DNA of 64,000 nucleotides. It comes from an uncultured delta proteobacterium. Lineage in GTDB: Bacteria > Desulfobacterota > Binatia > Binatales > Binataceae. Positions within the stretch are counted from its first letter, which is position 1; every line of letters starts with the position of its first letter. The stretch covers positions 1,408,001 through 1,472,000 of the forward strand of contig CAVRVY010000003.1 of the NCBI GenBank assembly GCA_963724765.1. Reading direction: 5' to 3'. The notes beneath the pieces are model-generated. The model did no database searches, was not told the DNA's origin, and worked only from the letters and a program-made list of their open reading frames with translations. Below, one piece after another: positions 61,707-64,000 of the stretch. A program made the translations under genes and the position numbers.

Positions 61707-63713
61707 ATGGCAGTCAGCGGCAAGGAAACGGAAGAGTGGCGGCTCGGTATCGAGCCCGGCGGGCACGAGGCCCCCGAAGCTCCCGAAGAAACCGGCGCGT
61801 CGCGCAACTACTCGGCCGAGCGGCTGGAGCGGCCGCTTTGTGTCCTTACGGCCGAACACCTCGGATGGGCGAAGGTCGGACTGCTGGCGCTCGCGACCCG
61901 GCTCGTGATGCTCGGTGCGCGCCCGCTGGATTCCGCCGAGGCGAGCCATGCGCTCGGCGAACTGGCGTTGCTGCGCAACGGGCCGCAGGCCGGCGCGCAT
62001 CTCTCGTGGATCCATCTGCTCGAGGCGGCGCTGTTCGCCGCGGTGGGCGCCGGTGACTTCTGCACGCGGCTGATCTTCGCTTTGAGCGGGCTGCTGCTGA
62101 TCGCGGCAGGCTTTGCGATGCGCCGCCAGCTTGGCCGCGCCGGTGCGATGGCTTTCGCGGCGCTGCTCATGCTTTCGCCGAGCGTCGCCTATTATTCGCG
62201 CGCCGCCGATAGCGTGGTGCCTGCGCTGGCCTTCGCCGTGCTCGCGCTGGCGCTGTTCCTCCAACTGGTCGAGCAGCCGGGACGGATGGTCGCAGCCGGA
62301 TTGGGCGCGGCGACAGGCCTGGGACTTGCCACTAGCGGGGCCGCGCTGATGACGGCGCTGTTTATGCTCGCGGCGCTCGCGATGGTGGGTCTGTTCGCGG
62401 CTCTGGTGGGCGCGCGGGTGCGGCTCCAGGTGCGAGTCTGGTGGACGCGGCGCAAGGGGCTGTTTTTGATCGCGACATTGGTCGCGGCGCTGGTCTGGCT
62501 GGGATGCGAGAGCGGCTTTTTCACCCGTTCGCCGCTTGGCGCGATCGCCGCCGCCTTCCGATCGAATCTGCCGGCTAACCTGTTGACCGCGCACCCGGCG
62601 GACCATCGCGGCTTCATGGCCGGACTCGATTTCTACCTGCCGATTCTCTCGCTGTATGAATTTCTCGTCGTGCTGCTCGCCGTGATCGGAGCGCTAAGTG
62701 TTTTGACGCTGCGCATCCGCTCGCGGCTGGCGACGGGCGCGTTGGTGTGGAGCGCCCTGGCGGTCGCCTTCTATCTGTGGACGCCCGCGCGCTCGCCCGC
62801 CTTCGTGCTCCAGATGATCGTCCCGATGGCGCTGCTGGGAGCGTTCGTGATCGAGTACCTGCATCACACCTTCGCCTGGAGTATCGTTCGTTATCCGCTC
62901 GCCGTGCTGGCGCTGCTGACACTCTGCGTGCAGGTGGCGAACAACTTCATCTGGTACGCGCCTGATGCCAGCCAGGCGCCGTGGGCGCGCACCGCGCTGC
63001 TGTATTGGACCGCGCCCGCGACCACCTTGCAGACGCCGGTCCAGTGCGCGCGCGTGACCAGCCAGGCGCCGCCACACGGGGCGAGCGTCTTTTTTGCCAC
63101 CGACTCGCCAGTGCTGCGATGGTACCTGCGCACGTTGGCTCCAGCCGCCACGTCCGAAGGCGCGTCGGCGATCGTCGGCAACGTCGAGCCCGCGGGCCTG
63201 TCCGAGGCGCAAGGACTCACCACTTACGAATTCGAGCTTAACGACGCGTGGCATCCGGCGTGGTGGTCGCTTTCGCCACAAGCCGCGCTGCACTACCTGG
63301 CGAGCGCTCGCCCATGGACGCCGCTCGACTCGCATCGCGTGACGATCGCGGTGCGCCCCATTGTTACGGTCGCACCGACGGTGATCCTGGCTCCGGCTGC
63401 GCAGCCCCCGCCGGCGCCCGCATCGGGCGGGGGCGCGGGACAGTCCGAAAAGGAGACCGCTGTGCCGAATACTTCTGCGCCCGAGACGGCGGCGTCGCCT
63501 GCCCCGTCAGCGTTGGCGACACCGGCACTCGGTACCGGTCTTGACAACCGTCCTTCCACCGTTGTCACGGCCACTCCCGCTGCCACTACCGTCGCTACGC
63601 CTGCCGCGACGCCGGCCGCGATTCCTTCGGCGGTTCCTGCTCGCAAACCTGCCGCAGCAGCTTCCGGTGCGCCCGCAGGCAAACCTGACAGCTCAGCCGT
63701 CCCCGCTGATTGA
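61707..63713 (+). CDS. GT-C-like multi-TM membrane protein (TIGR03663-like) with Pro/Ala/Thr tail
   Basis: LGARPLDSAEA.HA, SP...YYSR, many TM helices, LRWYLR and a low-complexity C-terminus. Confidence 0.7.
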   Translation: MAVSGKETEEWRLGIEPGGHEAPEAPEETGASRNYSAERLERPLCVLTAEHLGWAKVGLLALATRLVMLGARPLDSAEASHALGELALLRNGPQAGAHLSWIHLLEAALFAAVGAGDFCTRLIFALSGLLLIAAGFAMRRQLGRAGAMAFAALLMLSPSVAYYSRAADSVVPALAFAVLALALFLQLVEQPGRMVAAGLGAATGLGLATSGAALMTALFMLAALAMVGLFAALVGARVRLQVRVWWTRRKGLFLIATLVAALVWLGCESGFFTRSPLGAIAAAFRSNLPANLLTAHPADHRGFMAGLDFYLPILSLYEFLVVLLAVIGALSVLTLRIRSRLATGALVWSALAVAFYLWTPARSPAFVLQMIVPMALLGAFVIEYLHHTFAWSIVRYPLAVLALLTLCVQVANNFIWYAPDASQAPWARTALLYWTAPATTLQTPVQCARVTSQAPPHGASVFFATDSPVLRWYLRTLAPAATSEGASAIVGNVEPAGLSEAQGLTTYEFELNDAWHPAWWSLSPQAALHYLASARPWTPLDSHRVTIAVRPIVTVAPTVILAPAAQPPPAPASGGGAGQSEKETAVPNTSAPETAASPAPSALATPALGTGLDNRPSTVVTATPAATTVATPAATPAAIPSAVPARKPAAAASGAPAGKPDSSAVPAD

Positions 63714-63877
63714 GGCTGGTTCACGCCGGCGCGATGCGCGGGGTTGAAGCTTAGATTACGGAGCGACTGGTGGCCGTGCCGGCGGTTGATACGAGTCTGC
63801 CGCCCAGTGGAATTTGATCGCGGTTTGGTCAATGCTTCTGGCGTAACCCGTCGCGGCGGCGATGGGCGGGGCGAGCG

Positions 63878-64000
63878 ATGAACAGCAACGTAGTGCCGAT
63901 TTCGCGCGCAAGGAGTGTGGCCAGCCGCACGCCCGCGCGGATGCGTCTGAGGCCGGTGGCAGGCCGGAAGGCGGCCGTAATCCCTCGACCGGCTCTCGCG
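63878..64000 (+). CDS. Possible 5' fragment of the next gene
   Basis: ATG at 63878 is open to the window end (MNSNVVPISRAR...). Confidence 0.3.
   Translation, partial: MNSNVVPISRARSVASRTPARMRLRPVAGRKAAVIPRPALA

Overview
This is a GC-rich bacterial chromosomal segment; gene style suggests a Binatota- or Myxococcota-like soil organism, which is inference only. From left to right it contains: a luxE-luxC-class III aminotransferase operon without luxAB; a ~5.2 kb lower-GC, frameshift-riddled block that starts at a 33-nt poly-T run and may be an island or a long-read artefact; a nitrogen region (lrp-gltB-gltD, a PP2C/Ser-Thr kinase pair, sigma54-glnK-amtB-porin); a PAS-HisKA-REC protein lacking an ATPase domain; a six-gene vWA/FHA/kinase/pseudokinase-PP2C signalling locus; Ku; glycosyltransferases; cspA; a fbp-glk-fbaB-pfp cluster; gor; selB-selD, with selD carrying an in-frame Sec UGA and SECIS hairpin that the ORF track misses; a NitT/TauT-type ABC transporter; and a GT-C membrane protein. 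Several REP/MITE-like palindromes occur. I found no rRNA, tRNA, CRISPR array, integrase or transposase. The best candidates for undescribed systems are the pThr/FHA-wired vWA kinase locus, the LuxE/LuxC/transaminase operon, and a sigma54-driven CU-loop RNA upstream of selB. All family assignments come from motif recognition by eye; no database searches were run.
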